A DNA stretch of 64,000 bases from Candidatus Woesearchaeota archaeon (GCA_964540065.1 CAZIKY010000001.1:78798-142797); one strand, 5' to 3'; positions 9,710-19,509 are shown, numbered from the stretch's first letter. Notes: generated by a model from the letters alone, not told the origin. Made by a program: numbers and translations.

Positions 9710-10445
9710 TTTGCATCTTTAGCTCGCCTTTGGAAGATTCAAGTCTTAAGGCATCATTAATGTTAATCATCGGCTGCCTTAGATTAACTATATCGTCATA
9801 ACCAATTCTTGGGCAGGCAGTATTCACCCAAGCTTCAACAAACGGGAAGTTTTCAAGTTCGCGCATATCCAAAGTATCCCCCACAAAAATGAAGAAGTTC
9901 TTTCCAGATTTAGAACTTTCTTTTAATTTGAGTGCAGTATTAAGATACTGCTGGCCAGTCTTAGTGCTCACCAAAACCCCGATGTTTTTAGCATACATAT
10001 ATCTCAGAATATTGGCCCGATATTTTTTCACTTGTTTATCTATATCCTTTTGGGTTAAAATCTTAACAGAGTTCGAAATAGGGTCAAACAGGATTACATC
10101 TTTCTTGACTTCGTTATCTTTCTGTGCAAGAAGCAGCGCTTTAGGATGGAATAGACCATCTCCAACATAAAGGAGCACATCGGCCTTATCAAAGATCTCC
10201 CTATCTACAAAAGAATCCAAAAAGCAATCGCACCCCAGAATTTGGTTCTCTGCAGAAGTCCTCTTAGCATGCGAAGTTAAAACATTTACCCCTGCGTCTT
10301 TCAATTGTTTCTTAACCTTATCCAGTTTCACAAATTGGACTGCAGCGAAAACTGCAACATCTTTATATTCAGATAAAAGCTTAAGAGCCTCTTTTGAAAG
10401 CTTGATCTCCTTTTCATAAAAAGCTTCAATAAACAAGAACTTCAT
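9702..10445 (-). CDS. dph2: Diphthamide synthesis Dph2 (2-(3-amino-3-carboxypropyl)histidine synthase), C-terminal fragment covering domains 2-3
   Basis: Matches archaeal Dph2 segments (ENQILGCD, GDGLFHP, IGVLVSTKTGQ, TACPRIGYDD). Its ATG (10445..10443) lies 1 nt after the TAG stop of the N-terminal fragment. The ORF track extends the frame upstream to 10502 via an alternative start. Confidence 0.7.
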   Translation of the reverse strand: MKFLFIEAFYEKEIKLSKEALKLLSEYKDVAVFAAVQFVKLDKVKKQLKDAGVNVLTSHAKRTSAENQILGCDCFLDSFVDREIFDKADVLLYVGDGLFHPKALLLAQKDNEVKKDVILFDPISNSVKILTQKDIDKQVKKYRANILRYMYAKNIGVLVSTKTGQQYLNTALKLKESSKSGKNFFIFVGDTLDMRELENFPFVEAWVNTACPRIGYDDIVNLRQPMININDALRLESSKGELKMQNA

Positions 10446-10446
10446 C

Positions 10447-10710
10447 CTACCACTCCACCGCCTTGACATATTTATTATGGCCAAATCCCACGACAACATC
10501 AACTCCTAAAGCATTGACCCCTAAAGGAAGATCACATGCTCCGAAATTGCTTCCAAACCATACCAAAACTTCGGCTCCCGTAGAAGATTCCAGTTTTCTC
10601 ACTATCTCTGCAGTTTTCACCTTCAAGCCATCAGGTAGCTGAAGCAAAACTCTTTTGCATTTGTTTTCTTTGATAAAGTCAATAACTTTCTGTTCATCAA
10701 GTTTGTACAT
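10447..10710 (-). CDS. dph2: Dph2 N-terminal fragment (domain 1), a separate ORF
   Basis: 87 aa resembling the Dph2 N-terminus (KRVLLQLPDGL ... GACDLP ... GFGHN). Ends in TAG at 10449..10447, then a +1 frame ATG starts the remainder. Confidence 0.7.
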   Translation of the reverse strand: MYKLDEQKVIDFIKENKCKRVLLQLPDGLKVKTAEIVRKLESSTGAEVLVWFGSNFGACDLPLGVNALGVDVVVGFGHNKYVKAVEW

Positions 10711-10789
10711 TTTTATTTAAATTAAGAGCATCCAGAACTTTAGATACACTCATTAAAACAATCTAAAAGAGGGTATTAAAGCTTATCGC

Positions 10790-11938
10790 TTACATCGGCG
10801 ATTCAACGCCACAGGTTTTGCATGCTTTCTGCACCCTCTCTTTGGCGATCTGCATAGCAGCTTCACGCGGAGCTATTCTCTTTTTCTTCGCGAGGTCTAA
10901 GACCAGCAGAGTATTCCTACTAACTTTCTCTTCTACAGTTTTCCACATTTTATCCACTCCCCAACCATTATACTCCACATAGCTGCTTATGACTCCGCCA
11001 GCATTTGCAACAAAATCTGGAACAACTAGAATTCCTCTTTTCATAAGCATCTTTTCAACCTCGAGAGTCGTAGGGATGTTTGATCCTTCAATTATAAGTT
11101 TAGCTTTTATCTTTCCAACATCTTCTTTCTTGATCAGATCGGGAACAGCAGCAGTAACAAGAATATCTGTATTCAAAGAGAGAATCTCCGAAGTGGGCTT
11201 AATTTCTCCAGGCTTATAATTAACAACCGAGCCGGTTTTCTCTTTAATATCTGAAAGCTTCTTAAAATCAAGCCCTTCTTTATTATAGATTATCCCCTTA
11301 GAATCTGAAACTGCAACAAGCTTGGCTCCAGCTTCACTCAAGAATTTAGCTGAAAAAGTTCCAACATTACCGAATCCTTCAACAGCAAAGGTGGATTTCT
11401 TCAAATCTAAGCCCGCATAAGGTGCAGCGACCTTCGCCGCATGATAAACTCCGAATCCTGTGCTCCCTAATTCATGGGGGATCCCGCCAAGCTTCTTAGG
11501 TTTTCCGGTAGCAGCTTTCCTAGAACCATTGGCTTTCACAAGCCATTCCATCTCTCTTTCACTAGTACTTATATCTGGAGCAGCAACATACATACTGGGA
11601 CAGACAGGTTTAATTGCTTCAGCAAATGCTTCTACAATTTCTTTTTTTCTCTTAAGATCGAAAGTTTTTGGATCTGCAACTATTCCGGACTTTGCCCCTC
11701 CAAACGGAAGATCAGCCATGGCACACTTCCAAGTCATAGTTCTAGCAAGCCTGAAGACTTCTTCTTTATCAACAGAGGGGGTCATTCTTATTCCTCCCTT
11801 TCCGGGTCCTAGAGCAATATTATCAATAACAACATATCCCCTCATTCCAACTTTTGGATTATAAACTTCCAAAATCTTCTCAGGCCCATAAGTATCTCCA
11901 AGAGACCCTATTTCTGTTTTATCGCCCATTTTTAACAT
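10790..11938 (-). CDS. gdh: Glu/Leu/Phe/Val dehydrogenase family (glutamate dehydrogenase-like)
   Basis: 382 aa with PFGGAKSGIV (GGxKGG-type motif) and a Rossmann GFGNVG. Confidence 0.8.
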   Translation of the reverse strand: MLKMGDKTEIGSLGDTYGPEKILEVYNPKVGMRGYVVIDNIALGPGKGGIRMTPSVDKEEVFRLARTMTWKCAMADLPFGGAKSGIVADPKTFDLKRKKEIVEAFAEAIKPVCPSMYVAAPDISTSEREMEWLVKANGSRKAATGKPKKLGGIPHELGSTGFGVYHAAKVAAPYAGLDLKKSTFAVEGFGNVGTFSAKFLSEAGAKLVAVSDSKGIIYNKEGLDFKKLSDIKEKTGSVVNYKPGEIKPTSEILSLNTDILVTAAVPDLIKKEDVGKIKAKLIIEGSNIPTTLEVEKMLMKRGILVVPDFVANAGGVISSYVEYNGWGVDKMWKTVEEKVSRNTLLVLDLAKKKRIAPREAAMQIAKERVQKACKTCGVESPM

Positions 11939-12866
11939 CCCCTATGTATTTCTCTGCTTCAAGAGCTGCAGCACATCCTGTGCCTGCAGAGGTTATTGCC
12001 TGTTTAAATCTTGAATCCTGGCAGTCTCCGGCAGCAAAAACTCCCGGAATACTCGTATGTTGTAATTTGTCAGTTTTTATGAAACCTAACTTGTCTACTT
12101 TTATTTCATTGGAAAAAACTTTTGTGGCAGGATCGTGTCCTATCGCAAAGAAAACGCCGTTGCACTTGATCTTTTTCTCTTTTCCAGTTTTACTATCTCT
12201 AATCTTTGCCCCCGTCACGAACTTGCCATCACCAAGAATTTCGACCAATTCAGAGTTCCATTCTATCTTTATCTTATCTTTCAATGCAAAAACTCTTTCC
12301 TGCATTATTTTGCTGGCCCTAAATTTATTCCTTCTGTGGATTATTGTAACCTTTGTGGCAAATTTAGAAAGGGCGAGAGATTCTTCCATGGCAGAATCTC
12401 CTCCGCCGATAACAATTGCTTCTTTATTTCTATAAAGAGCAGCATCACATACGGCGCATGTAGACACACCCTTGCCAAAATATTTTTCTTTTCCGGGAAC
12501 ATTGAGTGTTCTGGCAGCCGCGCCGGTAGAGATTATTACTGTGAGGGATTCGTATTTATCATTGCCGACACCTATTTCAAAATATCCCTTTTTTACCCTA
12601 AAAGAGTCAACCTTTCCAAGAATATACTTTGCCCCAAACTTCTCAGCCTGCGCTTTGCAGTTTTTTATCAACTCCGGACCCATTATTCCATCTGGAAATC
12701 CCGGATAGTTTTCCACAACCGTTGTAAGACTAAGTTGATCCAGTTCTGGAGCAGAGATTACAAGCGGGGAAAGATCTGCCCGAGCGTTATAAAGTGCGGC
12801 AGTGTGGGCTGCTATCCCTCCGCCAATTATGATCACGTTAAATCTTTCATTTTTTTTCTTTGTCAT
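11919..12866 (-). CDS. trxB: Thioredoxin reductase
   Basis: 315 aa. FAD motif IIGGGIAAHTAA, redox CAVCD motif, and a second NAD(P) GGGDSA motif. Confidence 0.85.
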   Translation of the reverse strand: MTKKKNERFNVIIIGGGIAAHTAALYNARADLSPLVISAPELDQLSLTTVVENYPGFPDGIMGPELIKNCKAQAEKFGAKYILGKVDSFRVKKGYFEIGVGNDKYESLTVIISTGAAARTLNVPGKEKYFGKGVSTCAVCDAALYRNKEAIVIGGGDSAMEESLALSKFATKVTIIHRRNKFRASKIMQERVFALKDKIKIEWNSELVEILGDGKFVTGAKIRDSKTGKEKKIKCNGVFFAIGHDPATKVFSNEIKVDKLGFIKTDKLQHTSIPGVFAAGDCQDSRFKQAITSAGTGCAAALEAEKYIGDVKNGR

Positions 12867-12880
12867 TTTAAAACTTTAAA

Positions 12881-14269
12881 CTAAGCAAGCATCCCCCTAA
12901 ACAAAGGATGTCCTTTGATGGCATTTAATGAGTCATCCAAAGCATTAATCATTTTATCTGCTTCCTTCTTGCCATGACTATAGCTAATATAAATTGGCTC
13001 TTCGGGCTCTTCATCAATCATTACGCCTCTTTTAAGCAGCTCTCTTTGAAGAACCAACGATAGATTCAAATTGCAGGCATTTATGCTTTCCCTGCAGTTT
13101 ACAATTTTGTTCTTTCCGGTAAACATAAATTTAAACATTGTTGGAAACCCTTGTAATATCGCATTGACTTTGTGGTCTTCAAAAATTTTTGGAATTTCTT
13201 TAAGCAATCTTCCTCCAACATTATTCATATGGTCAAAAACTTCCTTTTTTGCGAGTTCCTTCAAAGTCGCATTTGAAGCAACCATTGAGATACGATTTGC
13301 AGAATATGTCCCGCCATGGAAAACTTGCCCTGGACCGATCAGCTCCATGAATTCCTTCTTTCCTGCAACGGCTGCAACAGGATAGCCATTACCCATTGCT
13401 TTAGCAAGGGTGGTGATATCAGGGGTAACGTTATAAATCTCTTGCGCTCCACCCGGAGCAAGCCTGAATCCAGTCTTGACTTCATCAAAAATAAGAGCCA
13501 CATTATACTTATCACACAATTCTCTTAAATGATTCAAAAATCCTTTTTCTGGAGGAATCACTGAAGAATTCCCTGTAACGGGTTCACAGATTATTGCCCC
13601 GATTTCTTTATGATGGTTCTTCAATGTATGTTCGACCCCGGCAAAGTCGTTCCATTGATCAACATAAATAAGATCATTTATTGGTTTTGGAACACCATAT
13701 GAAGCAACTTCGGGCACAATATGGTGGTTGTGGCTAAGTTTCTTAGCAAGGGAGAACAAAAGATAGTCGTGATGTCCGTGATAATGTCCTTCAAACTTCA
13801 GAATTTTATTCTTTTTTGTATAAGCTCTTGCAACCCTTATCGCAGTCATGGTAGATTCGGTCCCAGAATTTGTAAATCTAACCATCTCTGCACTTTTGAT
13901 CATCTTAGTAATTTTTTTAGCGACTTCAATCTCAACTTCTGTATTCAATCCAAAAAGAGCCCCATCATTTTCGGCTTTATGGACTGCATCCAAAACAGGT
14001 TTGTATCCATGGCCAAGGATTATCGGCCCAAAGGCCATCCTATAGTCTACATATTTATTTCCGTCTACATCCCAAAGGTAAGCCCCGCGAGCTTTTTTGC
14101 CAAACATGGCGCATTTTTCATATCCTGGAGGGCAGATTGCCCCTCCCCACAACCTAAAATTAGAAGAAGTTCCTGCAGGGACATATTTTAGAATTTCCTT
14201 GAATAGTTTCTCAGATTTATCATAGATATGTTTATGCTTTACCTTTCTTTCACCTTCTTTTTTTGCCAT
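12881..14269 (-). CDS. Class III (PLP) aminotransferase (glutamate-1-semialdehyde aminomutase / GABA or ornithine aminotransferase-like)
   Basis: 462 aa with DEVKTGFRL, the class III DEVxTGFR motif containing the PLP lysine. Confidence 0.8.
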   Translation of the reverse strand: MAKKEGERKVKHKHIYDKSEKLFKEILKYVPAGTSSNFRLWGGAICPPGYEKCAMFGKKARGAYLWDVDGNKYVDYRMAFGPIILGHGYKPVLDAVHKAENDGALFGLNTEVEIEVAKKITKMIKSAEMVRFTNSGTESTMTAIRVARAYTKKNKILKFEGHYHGHHDYLLFSLAKKLSHNHHIVPEVASYGVPKPINDLIYVDQWNDFAGVEHTLKNHHKEIGAIICEPVTGNSSVIPPEKGFLNHLRELCDKYNVALIFDEVKTGFRLAPGGAQEIYNVTPDITTLAKAMGNGYPVAAVAGKKEFMELIGPGQVFHGGTYSANRISMVASNATLKELAKKEVFDHMNNVGGRLLKEIPKIFEDHKVNAILQGFPTMFKFMFTGKNKIVNCRESINACNLNLSLVLQRELLKRGVMIDEEPEEPIYISYSHGKKEADKMINALDDSLNAIKGHPLFRGMLA

Positions 14270-14274
14270 TTCAA

Positions 14275-15423
14275 CTAATTTATTTTTTTACCGTTAAGAT
14301 AGATATAACTTCCCCTCTTTTTAAGCTCTTTGAAAAAGTCTTTTGGGGGGATCGCATTTTCCGGAGCAAAAACTCCTTGTTTAGCGATCTCTTCACGCGC
14401 GATCATTTGTGCAATAATTCTTGCAGGAGTTGCGGTATGCCATGTCCCGCCAGAGAGATTATACTTTTTATTTGTAGGGGTTACACAGTCTACGACAGCT
14501 TTTTTGCCTGAGCCGATCACCTCTACCCTTACAAGCTCTGAATCCGCTATTTTCGTTTCAGGCTTAGGAAGCCATTGATCCATTACTCTCACAGTAAAAT
14601 TTCTCGGTTTTATCTCCTTTCCATCAACCTTAATTCCTTTTTCAGATGCGAACCCTGCCTCAATTAGGAATCTTATCTGTTCTTGGAATTCTTCTGAGAA
14701 TGTGACTCTAAATGTACATTCTTTCAGTTTGAAAGATTCAGGAAATGTCGCTAATTCACTATGCAAAGTGTAAAAACCTTTAAGCTTTCCAAAAGGTTTT
14801 GGGAAATACAAAACTTTTTCTCCGCTGCCAGGTTTCTCAAAGGTTAATTTGCCTTTAGAGAAAACAGCCGGTTCCATCATAAACTCATCAAAAATAGTCG
14901 AAAGACTGTAAGGGAGTACAAAAGGCTGCTGATATTTTGTTTTGTCCCAGTCGGCAAAACTTATGTGCATTTCTAAGGGTTTTTGGATTATTTCCGCCCC
15001 ATAAGCCGCAAGGACATTAGTTATCCCAGGAGTGCTACCACAACCCAAAACGGCAGATCTGCCTATTTTTTTGAAGTCTTTATCTAATTTTAGCTGTTTC
15101 TTTGTCATGTGAAACAACCCTCCAAGGTCAACATAATTGCATTTGGCCCTCAAACAAGCCTTCATTATTTCCAAGTTGAAATAATATTGGACCGCATTTA
15201 TGCAGACTTCACAACCAGAAAGAAGTTTTGCAGTAGCCACGGCATTATTTACATCCGCCTCTGAAGCTGTCACCCTTTCGGATTTGAAAGATTTAGCGTA
15301 TTCAAGGGCCTTTTTGAAATCTCTTCCGGCAATTACTATTTCGCAGTCCTTGCATGAATTAAAAAGATCTCTTACTATGACCGAACCAATTATACCATAT
15401 CCTCCTAAAACAACAAATTTCAT
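14275..15423 (-). CDS. Saccharopine-dehydrogenase-like NAD(P)-binding oxidoreductase
   Basis: 382 aa with N-terminal Rossmann motif MKFVVLGGYGIIGSVIVRDL. Overall layout fits the Sacchrp_dh family (lysine or polyamine metabolism). Confidence 0.65.
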   Translation of the reverse strand: MKFVVLGGYGIIGSVIVRDLFNSCKDCEIVIAGRDFKKALEYAKSFKSERVTASEADVNNAVATAKLLSGCEVCINAVQYYFNLEIMKACLRAKCNYVDLGGLFHMTKKQLKLDKDFKKIGRSAVLGCGSTPGITNVLAAYGAEIIQKPLEMHISFADWDKTKYQQPFVLPYSLSTIFDEFMMEPAVFSKGKLTFEKPGSGEKVLYFPKPFGKLKGFYTLHSELATFPESFKLKECTFRVTFSEEFQEQIRFLIEAGFASEKGIKVDGKEIKPRNFTVRVMDQWLPKPETKIADSELVRVEVIGSGKKAVVDCVTPTNKKYNLSGGTWHTATPARIIAQMIAREEIAKQGVFAPENAIPPKDFFKELKKRGSYIYLNGKKIN

Positions 15424-15924
15424 TTATCTCTTAATAGAAATACTTCTAAACTCCTCCTTACCAAATGTTTTTTCATCAAATAATTTTATTTCCTCTAATT
15501 GAATCTTATAAAGTTTAGATTCAAAAGCTTTTGAGTGAAAATCTCTTGGAGTTTTAACAAATTTTATTACGCGCGGATATCTCTTTATATAGAGCATCCC
15601 CGCTTTAATCAATTCATTCGAACTTACGCTTTTTGCTTTCCCCAAGGCTTGTAAACCCATCAAAAGAGTGCCCCATTTTTGAGTAGAATCAAAAATATTT
15701 ATGGCGACTTTTGAATTCTTGCTAATGTTTTTAGCACTTAAGGTGTCTTTAGATGTCCAAATATAGAGGTTAAACTCACCATCATAAACATAATAAGCAG
15801 TTTTACTGCATGGCCGGTCTCCATCAACTGTAGAAAGCGTTAAAAGATAATTATCTTTCAACAGATTATTTATCCGAGAGATAATTTTTTCCCTATCTCC
15901 AGCATGCTTTGTCAATATTTTCAT
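15424..15924 (-). CDS. Pyridoxamine-5'-phosphate-oxidase-like FMN-binding split-barrel protein
   Basis: 166 aa with composition and motifs resembling the PNPOx / general-stress-26 family. Confidence 0.45.
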   Translation of the reverse strand: MKILTKHAGDREKIISRINNLLKDNYLLTLSTVDGDRPCSKTAYYVYDGEFNLYIWTSKDTLSAKNISKNSKVAINIFDSTQKWGTLLMGLQALGKAKSVSSNELIKAGMLYIKRYPRVIKFVKTPRDFHSKAFESKLYKIQLEEIKLFDEKTFGKEEFRSISIKR

Positions 15925-17282
15925 TTCACAACAACACTCTTTATATTACAAAATTCAAGTATGCCATACCTTGAAAGCTCCCTTCCAACTCCCGATTTTT
16001 TTATTCCCCCAAAGGGAAGCCTTGGATCCGATGCAACAATTTTGTTTATCGAAACTGCCCCTGCTTCAAGCTTATGTGCAAGCCTTTCTGCTTTTTTCAT
16101 GTCCGTAGTCCAAACACTGGCGCCCAAGCCAAAATCTGAATCATTAGCCATCCTAATTGCTTCTTCATCGCTTACTGCAGAAATAAGTGGCATAACCGGT
16201 CCAAAAACTTCTTCTTTCTCTAAAGGCATCCCTTTTTTAACACCGACTAGGACGGTGGGTTGGTAAAAATAGCCTTTCATGTCAAGCCTCTGCCCGCCGT
16301 ATAAAACCCTTGCTCCCGCTTTAACCGATTGCCTTACTTGCCTATCAAGATTCTCAAGCTGATTTTCCCTTACCATCGGACCTATTTGAGTTGATTTTTC
16401 CATAGGATCACCCACTTTCAATTGTGAAACAAGGTCTGCCGTTCTCTTTTTGAATTCCTCAAACTTGTTTTTATGTATAATAAATCTCTTTGCAGCTATG
16501 CAGCTCTGCCCGGTGTTTATAAATCTGCCCTTAAGGGCATTGTCGCAGGTAAAATTCACATCTGCATCACTCAAAACAACAAAAGGATCGCTGCCTCCTA
16601 ATTCAAGAACGACTTTTTTTGAATTTTTAATTGCTATACCGCCGACATGTCTTCCAACATTAACACTTCCAGTGAAAGAGACCCCATTTACGCCGGGAGA
16701 CTGAATCAGCTTTTCAGCAACTTGTGTTGTTCCGATAATATTTTGAAAAACGTTCTTTGGCAAAGCCTCAGAGAAGATTTCGTGCATCGCTTCAGAGCAC
16801 CCCAAAGTAACAGTTGAATGCCTTAAAAGAACGGTATTTCCTGCAAGCATGGCCGGAACCCCAAATCTGAAAACCTGCCAAAAAGGAAAATTCCAAGGCA
16901 TTATGCATGCAATGACTCCTAGCGGATCAAAATGCACATAGGATCTCTTATATTCAGTCTTAATAATTTCATCCTGCAAAAATTTCTCAGCATTATCTGC
17001 AAAATACTCGCAGAGCCAAGCGCACTTCTCAATTTCCCCGATGCTTTCTGAAATGGGTTTTCCCATTTCAGCAGTCATTAGAGCAGCAAACTCTTCTTTT
17101 CTGCTAAGAAGGGTTTTTCGAGCTTTCCTAACATAGCTTGCTCTTTCAGCCACACTTAACTCTTTCCAAGAAGAAAGGGCTTTTTTAGAATTGTCCACAT
17201 ATCTTGAGACTTCAGACAGCTTAATCGACTTATATTTTTTTATTTTCTGCTCCGTTGCAGGATTTAGCGTCCAAAGATCCAT
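15921..17282 (-). CDS. NAD(P)-dependent aldehyde dehydrogenase
   Basis: 453 aa with ELGGSDP (catalytic Glu) and GQSCIAAKR (catalytic Cys) ALDH signatures. Confidence 0.85.
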   Translation of the reverse strand: MDLWTLNPATEQKIKKYKSIKLSEVSRYVDNSKKALSSWKELSVAERASYVRKARKTLLSRKEEFAALMTAEMGKPISESIGEIEKCAWLCEYFADNAEKFLQDEIIKTEYKRSYVHFDPLGVIACIMPWNFPFWQVFRFGVPAMLAGNTVLLRHSTVTLGCSEAMHEIFSEALPKNVFQNIIGTTQVAEKLIQSPGVNGVSFTGSVNVGRHVGGIAIKNSKKVVLELGGSDPFVVLSDADVNFTCDNALKGRFINTGQSCIAAKRFIIHKNKFEEFKKRTADLVSQLKVGDPMEKSTQIGPMVRENQLENLDRQVRQSVKAGARVLYGGQRLDMKGYFYQPTVLVGVKKGMPLEKEEVFGPVMPLISAVSDEEAIRMANDSDFGLGASVWTTDMKKAERLAHKLEAGAVSINKIVASDPRLPFGGIKKSGVGRELSRYGILEFCNIKSVVVK

Positions 17283-17285
17283 TCT

Positions 17286-18728
17286 CTAAAGATTGTTGTC
17301 GAAGAAGATATGCTTGACATTAGTATATTCTTCGAGAGAATAAGTGCTCAAATCGCTTCCATGGCCGGACTGCTTAACTCCTCCGTGAGGCATTTCGCTT
17401 ACTAAAAACAAATGAGTATTTACCCATACTTCTCCAAACTTAAGTTTGTTTGCAACATTGAATGCTTTCTTTACGTCCTTAGTCCAAACACTGCTTGCAA
17501 GGCCATAATCCACATCATTTGATTTCTCAATAACTTCTTCCATTGTCTTAAACTTCAAAACCGGGATAACCGGGCCAAATACCTCAAGTTGACAAAGGTT
17601 AGAAACCTGTGTGACTCCAGTCATAATATGTATGGGGAAGAAATAACCTTTGCCTGAAGGTTTTTTCCCTTCAAAAGCTACCTTTACTCCTTTCTCTTTC
17701 TTAGAATCTTCGACAAATCTGCTGACTCTTTGGAGGTGGACTTTAGAGTTCAAGGGCCCGAGATCTGTTTTGTCACTAGATGGATCTCCAAGTTTAAGTC
17801 CAGAGGCATATTTTTTCATCTTTGCAACAAATGTATCATGTATCTTCTCTTGAACATAAATCCTCGCAGCAGCAGTGCAATCTTGCCCAGAGTTTATAAC
17901 GCTAGCATCAACAGCAGTCTTAGCTGCCAAATCTAAATCTGCATCTTCAAAAACGATAAAGGGCGCTTTCCCCCCAAGTTCGAGATGCACTTTCTTCAAA
18001 TTTGAAGCCGCAAGTTTCTGTATGACTTTCCCGGTTTCAGTATTTCCGGTTAAAGAAATCATGTCGACTTTTTCATGGGAGGCTAAAGCGCTTCCGACAG
18101 CCTCGCCAGGACCAGTTATAACATTAAGCACCCCATTAGGCAAACCAGCTTCAACAGCAAGTTTTCCGAGCTCAAGAGTAGTCAGAGGGGTGGAAGTTGC
18201 AGGTTTAATAACAACCGTATTTCCCATAGCAAGTGCTGGGCCGATTTTCCATATGGCCATCATAAAGGGATAGTTCCATGGAGTGATGCTTGCAACAACT
18301 CCGACAGGTTCCCTCCGCAAAACACTTGTGCAGTTCTTGAAATAATCTTGAGAGCTAACATCTTTTATATTTCTTGCAGCACCCGCAAAGAATCTCAAAT
18401 TATCAATGGAAAAAATAATATCCTCTTTTGCAAGTTTAACTGTCTTCCCTTGATTTTCTGACTCGAGCTTAGCAAGCTTATCCAAATTCTTCTCGATCAA
18501 ATCTGCAAGTTTAAGGAGAACTAAAGAACGCTCTTTTACTGTTAATCCGCTCCAAACTCCTGAATCGAAAGCTTTTCTCGCAGAATTAACTGCTGCATCG
18601 ATATCTTTTTTATCGGAAGATGCAACTTTTGCGATAACTTGTTCGGTATAAGGGTTAAGGACATCAAGATATTTTTTAGAATTATTTACAGATTTTCCAT
18701 CTATTAAGTTATCGTACGATTTCACCAT
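17286..18728 (-). CDS. NAD(P)-dependent aldehyde dehydrogenase (second, tandem)
   Basis: 480 aa with LELGGKAP and GQDCTAAAR ALDH signatures. Confidence 0.85.
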   Translation of the reverse strand: MVKSYDNLIDGKSVNNSKKYLDVLNPYTEQVIAKVASSDKKDIDAAVNSARKAFDSGVWSGLTVKERSLVLLKLADLIEKNLDKLAKLESENQGKTVKLAKEDIIFSIDNLRFFAGAARNIKDVSSQDYFKNCTSVLRREPVGVVASITPWNYPFMMAIWKIGPALAMGNTVVIKPATSTPLTTLELGKLAVEAGLPNGVLNVITGPGEAVGSALASHEKVDMISLTGNTETGKVIQKLAASNLKKVHLELGGKAPFIVFEDADLDLAAKTAVDASVINSGQDCTAAARIYVQEKIHDTFVAKMKKYASGLKLGDPSSDKTDLGPLNSKVHLQRVSRFVEDSKKEKGVKVAFEGKKPSGKGYFFPIHIMTGVTQVSNLCQLEVFGPVIPVLKFKTMEEVIEKSNDVDYGLASSVWTKDVKKAFNVANKLKFGEVWVNTHLFLVSEMPHGGVKQSGHGSDLSTYSLEEYTNVKHIFFDNNL

Positions 18729-18982
18729 CTTTTAATAGATACAATAGAAAAAGCACATATAAAAACTTATCTCCGACATAAAAAGAATTACAAAATTTTA
18801 AAGCAAAGAAAAGAGAGGCACTTTTCAATTCGTAATATCTTGGGGGATATTAACGAAAATGAGATCAAACCTTCCCCAAAGTTGATTGCACCTCTCTTTT
18901 CTCTTTGATATTTATATGCTTCACTTCTTTTTAAAGGTTTAGGAAAATGCTTTGCACTCGAAATGAAGGTTAAGGGAATAAA

Positions 18983-18990
18983 TTTAAAAG
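18983..18990 (+). promoter_or_regulatory. TATA-like box (TTTAAAAG) upstream of tRNA-Cys
   Basis: Positioned about -31 to -24 relative to the tRNA 5' end. Confidence 0.4.
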
Positions 18991-19013
18991 CTGTTTTAAT
19001 AATCAATTAACAT

Positions 19014-19086
19014 GCGGGGGTGGCTCAGTGGCTACGGCAGTCGGCTGCAACCCGACTATTCGCGGGTTCGAGTCCCGCCCCCCGCT
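19014..19086 (+). tRNA. tRNA-Cys (anticodon GCA)
   Basis: Acceptor GCGGGGG/CCCCCGC, anticodon stem GTCGG/CCGAC with loop CTGCAAC, T-arm GCGGG-TTCGAGT-CCCGC. The D-arm pairs imperfectly. Confidence 0.7.
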
Positions 19087-19191
19087 TTCCTTCTCTTTCA
19101 AGTGTTAATTCCTAGGGGCGATCAGGGCTCCTGGAAATGTTTATAAAATAGATATAGAGTATATGCTACTGAGAATCTAAAGGGGGAACCT

Positions 19192-19509
19192 ATGGATGAA
19201 GACAAAAAACAAGTTTTAGAAAAAGGCTTAGTAGAATTAGTAGATAGTCTAAATGAGGGGGTAGGGTTTATTGAAAAAATTTGGGGGAAGGAATACACCC
19301 TGGTGCAATATGGGAATAATTTTTTTATAATGGGGAATTCATTCACCTTGCCCAAAAATTATACTCGAAAAGCGTTTGATTTAATCTCTTCTCAAGGGAG
19401 AATAACGGGGAGATATCATGAAGAGGCAGCAAAAAGAAGGGCCCCAATAATTGATTTACAAATAAATTCTATCGCAAAAGAAATTGGGGTCGAGTATGTT
19501 TGTGCTTAA
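19192..19509 (+). CDS. Hypothetical protein
   Basis: 105-aa ORF with no recognisable motif. Confidence 0.3.
   Translation: MDEDKKQVLEKGLVELVDSLNEGVGFIEKIWGKEYTLVQYGNNFFIMGNSFTLPKNYTRKAFDLISSQGRITGRYHEEAAKRRAPIIDLQINSIAKEIGVEYVCA

Noticed and set aside
18788-19006. 72-aa minus-strand ORF between the ALDH operon and tRNA-Cys
   Set aside because: It lies in promoter DNA upstream of both flanking transcription units and overlaps the inverted repeat. It has no coding signature.
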